Origin: Octopus sinensis
Taxonomy: Eukaryota
Direction of reading: 5' to 3'
NCBI RefSeq assembly: GCF_006345805.1
Contig: NC_043004.1
Location: 40,920,001-40,984,000 of the forward strand
Length of the DNA: 64,000 nucleotides
The notes under the pieces are model-generated. The model did no database searches. It saw nothing but the letters and a program-made list of their open reading frames with translations, and was not told the origin of the DNA. The position numbers and the translations under genes are program-made. Shown here piece after piece: positions 12,345-23,556 of this stretch (the first letter of the stretch is position 1; every line of letters starts with the position of its first letter).

Positions 12345-12915
12345 TAATACGAAAAGATAGTGACCGCCTGGACATTGGCGTTTATCTGAGGCTTGGTCTC
12401 CAGATCTGCGAGCCTCATGAATGCCGCTGCGGATGCGCAGTGGATTATTTTAGCCTCCACCCACAGTGTCCTGCCGTCATAGTCCTGATCACCTCCCACG
12501 TCATGACACCCTTGACAAGATCATAAAACAGGACCTAGAAGCCGTAAGCTTCCCTTCCCAGGTCGAGCCAATGGGGATAGACCGAGGGGACAGTAAACTG
12601 CCGGACAGTATAACAGTTTTTCCGTTCCGATGCGGTAGGCCCCTCATCTGGGATTCTAGATGCTGTGACACCTTCTCCAGCCCAGGCTCTGCTGCTCGTC
12701 AGGCTGAGAAAAGACAAACTGTTATGGTATCAGTCGCTCTCTGACAGGTTTATGGTCAAGTCTGTAACATCTGAGAGCTCTGGCGCCCATGGCTCCAAGA
12801 CCATATCCCTGCTCACCCCTACTGCGGCAGAGATTGCTGATCGCAAGTGCGAGTCCTCGTAAGTCAGTGGCTGTTCCAGCGCATCTCCTTCGCTATTCTC
12901 CGGGGCAACACCTTT
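12345..12915 (+). pseudogene. Decayed CRE-clade non-LTR retrotransposon C-terminus (zinc knuckle plus restriction-like endonuclease)
   Basis: Frameshifted peptides LRLGLQICEPHECRCG, PRHDTLDKIIKQ, EPMGIDRGDSKLPDSITVFPFRCGRPLIWD and QWLFQRISFAILRGN match the RLE layout (C..C, RH, PD..D). Confidence 0.75.
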
Positions 12916-13447
12916 TCCATTTTATCTGTTGTTGCCATGAGAAATATCGAACTATGATAGAAGAAAGCAGCCTATACTTAGACTATTCGTTATACTATTT
13001 ACATTATCTTATCGAGCAACTGAAAATATGGTATACCAAAAGATTGCTGTGATGACAGTAGAATCCCATTTCATTATATTCATATAACATGAAAAGTATG
13101 CATAAAGTGTACAAATAAATTTCTTGCGGTCTCAAAACTTATTTTGCGATTTATACCCATGCAGATACAATGTTAATAGTGCATCGATCGTCTCGCATTG
13201 TCACCTGATTTTTTTTTTTTTTTGCAAATGCCCACCGCCTTTCTATACACTTGAGTATGGATGCTCTCATCATTGGATCAACAAAACTTTAAAAATGGTT
13301 CACAATTTCGCAAGTATATATGTAGCGTAAACATAAGAATCCTTCCTATCGGATATCAAATAACGTCCTCGGCAAATTCCATTGCGTTATAAAGAGCCCA
13401 ATTGTTCTGTACATACGACTGAGGATCTCAACTAGGCAACATTCCCC

Positions 13448-13836
13448 AGATCTTTTCGGTTTGAACGGCAGTTTTTAACATAATTTCTGGGTAACTAAAA
13501 CATTTTAAGCTTTCTATACTGGTAGAATGTGTTTATAAAACATCTTTTTCTCTTGGCCTTATTGAGAAAATTCTATAGTTTGTAAGATATTTGTTGTTGT
13601 TTTTCTTCAATTTCAACCAATCACTGACATCCATTGAGGTAAAAAAAAACATTCTGTGCCATATGAATATGTCCCTCGTGTAAGAAACAGATTGGGTTTA
13701 TTTACATTCGTGAAGAAAAAAGATACCCTTCCCCCACCCCTAACCCTAACTCTAAAAGAGATTGAAATGCAAAATTATAGGTGACAATTTCATATGACAC
13801 CGCTAGAAAAAACTGCCGTTCAAACCGAAAAGATCC
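13448..13836. mobile_element. GGATC MITE copy 2
   Basis: Both TIRs present. TSD not cleanly recoverable. Confidence 0.9.
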
Positions 13837-14206
13837 CACACCCAACTATCTTACATAAACAAGGATACATTGAAATGCAGACTCTGATATACACACCAAA
13901 ATAGAGCTGACCTGAACCAAAGCAACATATTTTTCTTGGTGTCACAAACAAAATCACTATCATCATTAATAACCATTCACAACTACTACCCTCTCACCTT
14001 TAAAGTGACAGATATAACACAATCTGATGAATGGTGGCTGTCTCGTTCACATATACCAATAAGAAAAGGCATTAAAAAGGAGGAAACAAAACGGTTTAGC
14101 ACTAGATCTGAAATGACCAAGCCAAATAGTCATGAAAGACAATACCCCCTCATTGTGAAAGACAAGATAATATATATTGTGTTCTACATTCTCTAATACA
14201 ATCCTA

Positions 14207-14614
14207 GGATTGTTTCAGTTTGAACGGCAGTTTTTTCTAGCGGTGTCATATGAAATTGTCACCCGTAATTATGACCCTAGTATCGATCTATTGCATTTCA
14301 ATCTGTTTTAGGGTTAGGTGGGGGAGGGTATCTTTTTTTCTTCACAAATGTAAATAAACCCAATCTGTTTCTTAAACGAGGGACATATTCATACAGCACA
14401 GAATGTTTTTTTACCTCAATACACGTCAGTGATTGGTTGAAATTGCAGAAATTGAAGAAAAAACAACAAATATATCTTACAAACTATAGAATTTTCTCAA
14501 TAAAGCCAAGAGAAAAAGATGTTTTATAAACACATTCTACCAGTATACGAAGTTTAAAATATTTTAGTTACCTAGAAATTATGCTAAAAACTGCCGTTCA
14601 AACCAAAAAGGTCC
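14207..14614. mobile_element. GGATC MITE copy 3 (opposite orientation to copy 2)
   Basis: 8-bp TSD CAATCCTA. Confidence 0.9.
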
Positions 14615-15447
14615 CAATCCTACTCTTTTTCGTTATGGCACTATGGTGTGATTTGAGGGAGACTTGGCTAGTATTTCTAGCAAGTCATATGACAACAGAG
14701 ACTTCAAGAGCAATTACAAAATAATTTTTAAAATATGTAATCCTAGCTTAAATAGATAAATTAAGCCGGATTAAAGCCACCGGCTTAATGATACCATTAA
14801 TTGTGCTATTAAACGGTTAGACAAAAGAAGATTATTAATGTCTCTAGAGATCAAACCAAACAGAAAGAGCAACAGGTTTTAAGAAATCTAAACAATTTTT
14901 CATTGTATTCATATGGAACTAGCCAAAGATCACTAAAACTGTGTTCCCATTTTAGCGAACAAATTAAAGAACACACAATGTGGTCTCACAACTTGATACA
15001 AACAGTACAGTGAATCTCCCTCAAAACATACGTTACTGTCATAAAAAACTAAATATATACTAGATAAAAGTCTCAGATACATTGTATCGAGAAAAAGAAA
15101 AGAAGAGAACAGTTGTAATTGGAATGCTTTTGAATATATCTATGAATGCTTTCCTCCGTTTTAATAGATGAACGAATGCCAAGATTTCCAAGATCTTCGC
15201 TCAGAGTGTGAAACTTCGTACCTTTCCAAAGAATTAATTATATAGTTACACATGGAAAACGTTGTGACTTACAGAGGACATACGAATTCATACTATATAA
15301 GAATATATTATTGAGAAAGATGTGAGTGTGTGTGTGTGTGCTGGTTATTGTTTTGCTAAGCACAAAGAACTCAACAAGCAACCCGAAGATGATATTTGTG
15401 TTGACATTAAGAGAACACTTATCCAGTTTCACCTTGCCCAGTGTTTA

Positions 15448-15524
<77 letters not shown>

Positions 15525-15623
15525 ATAGCGGAGAAAACAAAGACAAGAAAAAACAATGCGATGACGTGGCACATGCAAAGTATTAATAAGACACTCAGAG
15601 AAGGAAAGAAGTCATCATTATTT

Positions 15624-15985
15624 GGATCTTTTCGGTTTGAACGGCAGTTTTTAACATAATTTCTAGGTAACTAAAAAATTTTAAACTTCGTATACTGGTA
15701 GAATGTGTTTATAAAATATCTTTTTCTCTTGGCTTTATTTGAGAAAATTCTATAGTTTGTAAGATATTTGGGTTTTTTTTCTTCAATTTCTGCAATTTCA
15801 ACCAATCGATGACGTCTATTGAGTTAAACAACATTCTGTGCTGTATGAATATGTCCCTCGTTTAAGAAACAGATTGGGTTTATTTACAGATTGAAATGCA
15901 ATAGATCGATACTAGGGTCATAATTAAGGGTGACAATTTCATATGACACCGCTAGAAAAAATTGTCGTTCAAACCGAAAAGATCC
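15624..15985. mobile_element. GGATC MITE copy 4 (internal deletion)
   Basis: 8-bp TSD CATTATTT. Confidence 0.9.
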
Positions 15986-16806
15986 CATTATTTTTATTAT
16001 TAAAAGAGGAGGGGCACTGAAAAAAAAAGCCTATTTTGAAGTATTAACTTATTCGTTTCGGTCATCCAGGATAGCCGAGTTATTTTTGTACATTTCCCAT
16101 TATCGTTTCAATTTAAATGATACCACATCGAATGTAAAAGTACACGTGCGAAAAAGTTTATTTGAAATAGTTTCCATCATTACTCTTAATTTCCTCTCAT
16201 TTCCGTGTGTCGGAGAGAAGTGCAGTTTGAGAGCTAAAAATGTATTAGAGGAATTTTTTTTAAATATTGAGGCAAGGAAAACAGCAAGACATTTGTGCTG
16301 TCTTACTGACTTTTCCTCAAAAACGAAGTAAATTGAAAGACATCATCACCTACAGCTTTTCACACTTTACTGTTAGAGGCAGGACTTCCTCCGTTTGAAA
16401 GCCAATATTTATTTGTATAAACTATGCCATCCTTCTTACTAACAATTGTGAATGGCGTTCTTTCTAAACGATTATCCAGCAGCTAATGTCTTTTATACAC
16501 CATGAACTCAATTCGGATACTTTTCCATTTCCAGTGCCTGGAAAAAGAAAGGCTGCTCTAAAACAACAGCTAAGAATAATAAACCTTTCTACTATAGACA
16601 CAGAGGCGGGGGCTAGTCGTAAGTCAGGAAGATGCAAATTAATTAAAATTATATAAACACAATTTTCTTCAGATGAGAATAAGAATTTTCTAAATAACTA
16701 TGTTTAAAAATAAAAAACGCAGAGGAAGGTAATTTTTGAATTCTAACTAAGCTTAAAATTCAATAAGGAATGCAGTTATGAGTTTGACCAAGAATAGTAA
16801 CTGACA

Positions 16807-16849
16807 GCCCCTGCCATGTTTCGACTTTATTAAACCTCATTAATGAAGC
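16807..16849 (-). ncRNA. Decayed hammerhead ribozyme relic
   Basis: Minus strand GCTTCA-TTAATGA-G-GTTTAATAAAGTC-GAA-ACATGG-C-AGGGGC. The layout is kept but the core and stems are mutated. Confidence 0.35.
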
Positions 16850-17134
16850 GTAGTCTAATTCAGCGTTTCCCAAATGGTATTCTCGGAATTCTAGTGTTCC
16901 ACAGGAAATAGTGGTGAATCGACTAATTACAGTAATCCCTCAACTATCGCAGGTGTTACGTTCCAAACCCCACTCTTCTATATATATTTTTTTATAATAT
17001 TTTTATAATTTATATATATTTATTTTATTATAAATGCAAAACAACACCACAGAGGAAAGCTTAAATAATAAACCGTGATACTGTATATGCATTTTTTTGT
17101 TGAATTAAATATTCATAATTTTATCATATGTCCT

Positions 17135-17970
17135 CAGCAACAGGACTCTCCACCATGACACACAAGCAGGAGAACCCAGTCATGGCTGTCAGATAATTTC
17201 TGTGACCACATCACCCCTAAAATCAGGTCACCTAACTCCCCAGACCTGACCCCCTTGATTATTATGTGTGAGGTGCAGTGGAGTGAGAGACCAACAAAAC
17301 TCCTTCAAAAATGAACTGAAGGCAAGGATTATGGCAGCATTGACTAACTTAAACAAGGAGACCATCCAGAAGAGTTGCTAGAGATTCTGAAATCATCTGG
17401 AGGCCATGGTTGAAACCAATAGCAATTTTATTGGATAAATTTACTCATTGGCATTTCAAGATATTTCTACATAATTTCGGTCAATATATCTGTTAAAATG
17501 AGATGTTAGTGTTATTTGCTGAGGACATATGATAAAATTATGAATATTAAGAAGTCGCAATGGCCCAGTGGTTAGGGCAGCGGACTCGCGGTCGTAGGAT
17601 CACGGTTTCGATTCCCAGACCGGGCGTTGTGAGTGTTTATTGAGCGAAAACACCTAAAGTTCCATGAGGCTCCGGCAGGGATGGTGGTGATCCCTGCTGT
17701 ACTCTTTCACCACAACTTTCTCTCACTCTTACTTCCTGTTTCTGTTGTACCTGTATTTCAAAGGGCCGGCCTTGTCACTCTCTGTGTCACGCTGAATATC
17801 TCCGAGAACTACGTTAAGGGTACACGTGTCTGTGGAGTGCTCAGCCACTTGCACGTTAATTTCACGAGCAGGCTGTTCCTTTGATTGGATCAACCGGAAC
17901 CGACGGAGTGCTTCCCAGTGTTATTTTCATTTTGCATAATTTAGACGACAGTTTATTCACCACACCTTGT
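17135..17970 (+). pseudogene. 3' part of a maT/DD37D-like Tc1-mariner transposon, interrupted by a SINE
   Basis: QQDSPP*HTSRRTQSWLSDNFCDHITP..SPNSPDLTPLDYYV*GAVE. The 3' non-coding end resumes after the SINE at 17917 and ends ...CACCACACCTTGTA. Confidence 0.75.
17557..17916 (+). mobile_element. tRNA(Arg-like)-headed OR SINE, second tail type
   Basis: Colinear with 21544-21933. TSD AGTGTTATTT at 17508-17517 and 17917-17926. Confidence 0.9.
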
Positions 17971-18619
17971 ATATAAAGAAGGAAAAAAAAACCCACTAGA
18001 TTGCAATGGTCAATAAAATAAAGTCTTTAAATCTATTCTTCTTGTGCAGCCTGGTACCAAATGACCTACAGCCCTATCGTTGGGGCCCTTGATTTAAGAG
18101 GCTTGGATGGTATTTTCTAGCAGCTGGAGCAACCTTGCAGAAGGTCTCTCATCAACGCAATGTCTGTATGTGATGTATTAATAGCTCTTGGTGTCATTAT
18201 GTGTGACTATAATTATAATTAATGAGTTTTAATTAAGATCAAAATTGTTGCTTTTGTTTGCTCAACTAGGATTTGAATCTGATTTCATTATAATTGACAT
18301 ACAATGGCAATAATTTGAAATGAATAAAAGAAATCAGAACATTCCATAAATAACAGTCACACAGAATACAGAGAATTTATCAGTGCCTGTATTTCTTAAT
18401 TGAAGCTTAAATTTCCTGGAGATTATATCTAACAATAAGTCTACAATGACTTGTTATCTGTGCACTTAAGAAATATTGATTTACTGTATGCAAGATCTCT
18501 GATTATGTAGAAAGTGTGGAGAAATGAAACTGTGTAACATTCATGCTTACTCCAAGCATATTAGCGACAGACACAACGAGAACACCAATTTCATTATATG
18601 TATAAATATAAATACTCCA

Positions 18620-18847
18620 TTAACCCTTTCATTACCAACCCAGCTGAAACCGGTCTGGCTCTGTAGTACAAATGTCTTGTTTTCATAAGTTTTGTATCAA
18701 AATATACCACCAAACATTAGTCGCAATTTATATTCCTAATACTAGCTTAATGATAACTAAGTTATTTTACTAAATTTTTTGTTATATTTAAAATAATTGA
18801 TAGAAACACAGAGTATCTCAAAATAAATACAGTAACGAAAAGGTTAA
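18620..18847. mobile_element. piggyBac-type MITE, family A
   Basis: TTAA-CCCTTTC...AAAAGG-TTAA termini. Homologs at 39646-39873 and 50347-50799. Confidence 0.8.
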
Positions 18848-19140
18848 CATGATATCAAAAGATATTGCAAAGAAACAACAATCAGAAACAGAGTACAAGA
18901 AACTAATCTTACTTCAAGCGTGCATGGAAGAGTCTCTATGTAGTCATTTGATTAACCAGAAATAGCAGCTAAACATCCCTTAAATTAAACCCTATCACTA
19001 AAACAAAAATAAAGGATATGCTGGTTGGGGTATTAAACAAGGGGTCACCAAAACTTCTTATATCAATAGTCTCTTCATGGAATCATTGATAACTTGGCAA
19101 TCCCCATCATGAAAATTTCTAAAATGAAATTAAAAAGTAT

Positions 19141-20030
19141 CATCATCATTTAATATTCACTCTCCATGCTGGCATGGGTTGGACAGTTTGACATGGAGCT
19201 GACTCCAGTTGCTTATTGTGGCATGGTTTCTATGGCTGGATGCCCTTCCTAACGCCAACCACTTATCAGTGTGTGCTGGGTGTCTCCTACATGCCACCGG
19301 CATGTGTGTGTTTACACAGCACTGGTACAGGTGGGTAAATGCAGCACCAGCACAGACACTTTTTAAGGGGCACCAGCACCTGAAAGGACAAACTTGGGAT
19401 CTTTTCGGTTTGAACGGCAGTTTTTAACATAATTTCTAGGAAACTAAAAAATTTTAAACTTCGCATACTGGTAGAATGTGTTTATAAAACATCTTTTTCT
19501 CTTGGCTTTATTGAGAAAATTCTATGGTTTGTAAGATATTTGTTGTTTTTTTCCTTCAATTTCTGCAATTTCAACCAATCAGTGACGTCTATTGAGTTAA
19601 AAAGCATTCTGTGCCGTATGAATAAGTCCCTCGTTTAAGAAACAGATTGGGTTTATTTACATTTGTGAAGAAAAAAAGATACTCTTCCCCCCAACCCTAA
19701 CCCTAAAAGAGATTGAAATGCAATAGATCGATTCTAGGGTTATAATTATGGGTGACAATTTCATATGACACCGCTAGAAAAAACTGCCATTCAAACCGAA
19801 AGGATCCCAAACTTGTATGTGTAGAAGACAGCGATTTTACATAGCTTGATGTGTCTCACCAAGTACAGCAAATCGCCACATCGTCCCTTGTCATTTCCTC
19901 AGTGAAGCCCACCACCCAGAGATCCATTCTCACCACTTCATCCCATGTCTTCCTGAGTCTATCCTTCCACAGGTACCCTCCACAATTAGAGCTCTACACT
20001 TTTTTATGCAGCTGTCCTCATCTATCTTTC
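19141..20030 (-). mobile_element. RTE LINE 3' end with (CAT)n tail, interrupted by a MITE
   Basis: (CAT)n tail and GGATGCCCTTCC box. RTE ORF-end sequence resumes after the MITE at 19808. Confidence 0.7.
19397..19807. mobile_element. GGATC MITE copy 5
   Basis: 8-bp TSD CAAACTTG. Confidence 0.9.
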
Positions 20031-20184
20031 AATGTGCCCACATTAAGGGTGCCAACTCTGAGGGTGTAGATGGTGTGTAGAAAGTATAATTAATAAAAAA
20101 ATTTCTTGATTTAAAAACAATAATTCCTTCTTCTTTTTAGTTATAACCACTTTTTAATAAGAAATAGCTAAAGAAATTTAATGA

Positions 20185-21330
20185 AAATCATCTTTGTTTA
20201 ACATCCACTTTCCAGGCTGGTATGGGTTGGACTGAGAACTGGCAAGCCCGGAGGCTGCGCCAGGCTCCAATCCACTTTGGCAATTTTTCTACAGCTGGAT
20301 GCCCTTCCTAACACCAACCACTCCAAGAGTGAAGTAGGTGCTTTTTACATGCCACCAGCACAGGAGCCAATCAGGCAGCTTTAGCATCAACCATGCTTAA
20401 ATGGTGCTTTTTATGTGCCACTGGCACAGGAGCCAGTCAGGCAGCACTGGTATCGATCACGCTGAAATGATACTTTTTATGTGCCACCAGTACAGGTGCC
20501 AATTTGGTAGCACTGGCATCATCCATGCATGACTATGATTTCACTTGACTCAACAGGTCTTTACAAGCACAGCATATTGCCCAACGATTGAAGGGTACTT
20601 TTAAACAGGTTTGTTATACAACACTGGCATCGGCCAGGGCTACAATTTCACTTGGCTTGCCGGGTCTTCTCAAGCACAGCATATCTCCAAAGGTCTCGGT
20701 CACTTGTCATTGCCTCTGTGAGGCCCAACATTCAAGGTTAGGCTTCACCACCTCATCCTATGCTTTCCTGGGTCTACTTCTTCTACAGGTTCTCTCCACT
20801 GTTAGGGTGCAACACCTCTTCACACACCTGTCCTCATCCATATGCAACACATGATTATACCAGTACAGTCGTCTCTCTTGCATACCATATCTGATGCTTC
20901 TGATGTCCAACTTTTCTCTCGGGGCGTTTACACTCTGTTGTGTATGTACACTGACATTACACATCCAGTGAAGCTTACTAGCTTCATTTCTTTCAAGCTT
21001 ATGCATGTCCTCAGCAGTTACAGCCCATGTTTCACTGCAATGTAGCATGGCTGTTCGCACACATGCAACATACAGTCTACCTTTCACTCTGAACGAAAGT
21101 CCCTTTGTTACCAGCAGAGGCAGGAGCTTACAGAACTTTGCCCAGGCTGTTCTTATTCTAGCAGCTATGCTCTCAGAGCATCCACCCCCTGCTACTGACT
21201 TGGTCATCTAGGAAACAGAAGATATCAACTGCTTCTAGATTTTCCCCCTGGCATGTGATGGAAACTGTTTTCTGTACACCTTCGGTGTTTATTACTCCTG
21301 AGCATCTGCCACACACAAAAACTATCTTCC
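20185..21330 (-). pseudogene. 5'-truncated RTE-clade LINE (ORF C-terminus plus 3' UTR with tandem motifs)
   Basis: GGCSESIAARIRTAWAKF..KGRLYVACVRTAMLHCSETW..RRLYWYNHVLHM..RPRK are typical RTE post-RT motifs. The 3' UTR has repeated GGTGGCAC(A/G)TAAAAAGCA units. Confidence 0.85.
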
Positions 21331-21543
21331 CAGTTAACCTTCCTTTGATATTGCTGCACCTCTTATGTGTCCATAGCTTAATGAGATTAATAAAGAATGA
21401 TAAAAATTCAGTAACATTATATTGGTGAAATATGTGTTTGGTGAATACTAGTCACTGCACCAATATTTGGCTGGAAATTAGCAAATTTTAGCCTTTAAAA
21501 TGCTGCTCTCTTCCAGATTAAGTTTGCACCCTTAATGCTCAAT

Positions 21544-21933
21544 GGAGGCGCAATGGCCCAGTGGTTAGGGCAGCGGACTCGCGGTCGTAGGATCGCGGTT
21601 TCGATTCCCAGACCGGGCGTTGTGAGTGTTTATTGAGCGAAAACACCTAAAGCTCCACGAGGCTCCGGCAGGGGATGGTGGTGATCCCTGCTGTACTCTT
21701 TCACCACAACTTTCTCTCACTCTTACTTCCCGTTTCTGTTGTACCTGTATTTCAAAGGGCTGGCCTTGTCACTCTCTGTGTCACGCTGAATATCCCCGAG
21801 AACTACGTCAAGGGTACACGTGTCTATGGAGTGCTCAGCCACTTACACATTAATTTCACGAGCAGGCTGTTCCGTTGATCGGATCAACCGGAACCCTCGT
21901 CGTCGTAACCGACGGAGTGCTTCCATTCCATCC
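21544..21933 (+). mobile_element. Full-length OR SINE, second tail type
   Basis: GGAGGCGCAATGGCCCAGTGG head and (TTCCA)n-like tail. TSD AATGCTCAA. Confidence 0.9.
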
Positions 21934-22388
21934 AATGCTCAAAATCATTTCAGGTGTTTATAAACCCATTGGAGAGTCGCAGAGACCTCCAGCGGTCAAT
22001 ACTGGCCACTTTACTGACCCTCGTATTAGATACACCATTCTTCAAATAAAGACAGGATGGTAACTGCTACTATACCCCTTGAGGTCTGCACAACTAGGAC
22101 TAACATGCAAATAACGATAAATATTCAAGAAGTTTATGGTATGTGTTGCAAAAGTTTAAGAATTATGATCATAATCAAACAGTTGCTATGTGTTTTGGAT
22201 GCCTTACAGATCAATGACATATTGTTTTTTTTAAGCAGCTTTTTCAGGAAATGGTGGGAAGTTGGAAAAGAAATATTGACATCTTTTTTTTCCTTACATC
22301 TTTCAGTATTTGGTAATGTTAGGAAAACCAGATGAAAATTGTCGCTCAATAAATAATTTTGAGATATGTTAACATTTACAGAAACATT

Positions 22389-22814
22389 GGATCTTTTCGG
22401 TTTGAACAGCAGTTTTTTCTAGCGGTGTCATATGAAATTGTCACTCATAATTATGACCCCAGTATCGATCTATTGCATTTCTATCTGTTTTAGGGTTAGG
22501 GTTAGGGTTAGGGTTGGGGGTGGGGTGGGGGATCTTTTTTTTCTTCACAAATGTAAATAAACCCAATCTGTTTCTTACACGAGGGACATATTCATACGGC
22601 ACAATGTTTTTCACCTCAATAGACGTCAGTGATTGGTTGAAATTGCAGAAATTGAAGAAAAAAAACAACAAATATCTTACAAACTATAGAATTTTCTCAA
22701 TAAAGCCAAGAGAAAAAGATGTTTTATAAACACATTCTATCAGTATATGAAGTTTAAATTTTTTTAGTTACCTAGAAATTATGTTAAAAACTGCCGTTCA
22801 AACCGAAAAGGTCC
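22389..22814. mobile_element. GGATC MITE copy 6, with expanded (TTAGGG)n
   Basis: Both TIRs present. The flanks GAAACATT and CACTTTTG do not match. Confidence 0.9.
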
Positions 22815-23056
22815 CACTTTTGCTCTCAGGTGCCACACGTCTTCCAATTTCTAGCCAACAACTTCCTCCTAACATCCACAACAGACACAGTTATTACCAA
22901 AGGTGCATGAGCTCTGTCGTTGTCATTTCCCCTTATACTATAAAACTGCCAACTACTACTGCCTTCTGCATACCAACACTAACATCAAATTAACAGGAAA
23001 ATAAAGCTGTAAGAAATAATGTTTTTCCTTCCGTTGATATTACACTCTCTCTTTTT

Positions 23057-23458
23057 TTACTCTTTTACTTGTTTCAGTCATTTGACTACGGCCATGCTGG
23101 AGCACCGCCTTTAGTCAAGTAAATCGACCCCGGGACTTATTCTTTGTAAGCCCAGTACTTATTCTATCGGTCTCTTTTGCCGAACCGCTAAGTGACGGGG
23201 ACGTAAACACACCAGCATCGGTTGTCAAGCAATGCTAGGGGGACAAACACAGACACACAAACACATACATATATATATATATATATACATATATACGACA
23301 GGCTTCTTTCAGTTTCCGTCTACCAAATCCACTCACAAGGCATTGGTCGGCCCGGGGCTATAGCAGAAGACACTTGCCCAAGATGCCACGCAGTGGGACT
23401 GAACCCGGAACCATGTGGTTGGTTAGCAAGCTACTTACCACACAGCCACTCCTGCGCC
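23057..23458 (-). mobile_element. Young full-length CORE-like SINE
   Basis: Near-identical reverse complement of 62771-63198, with CpGs retained. Confidence 0.9.
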
Positions 23459-23556
23459 TATCTCACAAAGTTTAAATAATCTAACAGTAACATAACCAGT
23501 TACATATACACACACACATATATATAGCATCTATATATATATATATATATATATAT

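Noticed and set aside
17553-17630. tRNA-like sequences at SINE heads
   Set aside because: They continue into SINE bodies with TSDs, and the acceptor stems are not intact. They are not tRNA genes.
22490-22520. (TTAGGG)n as an interstitial telomere
   Set aside because: It is an internal part of the MITE consensus and present in the other copies.
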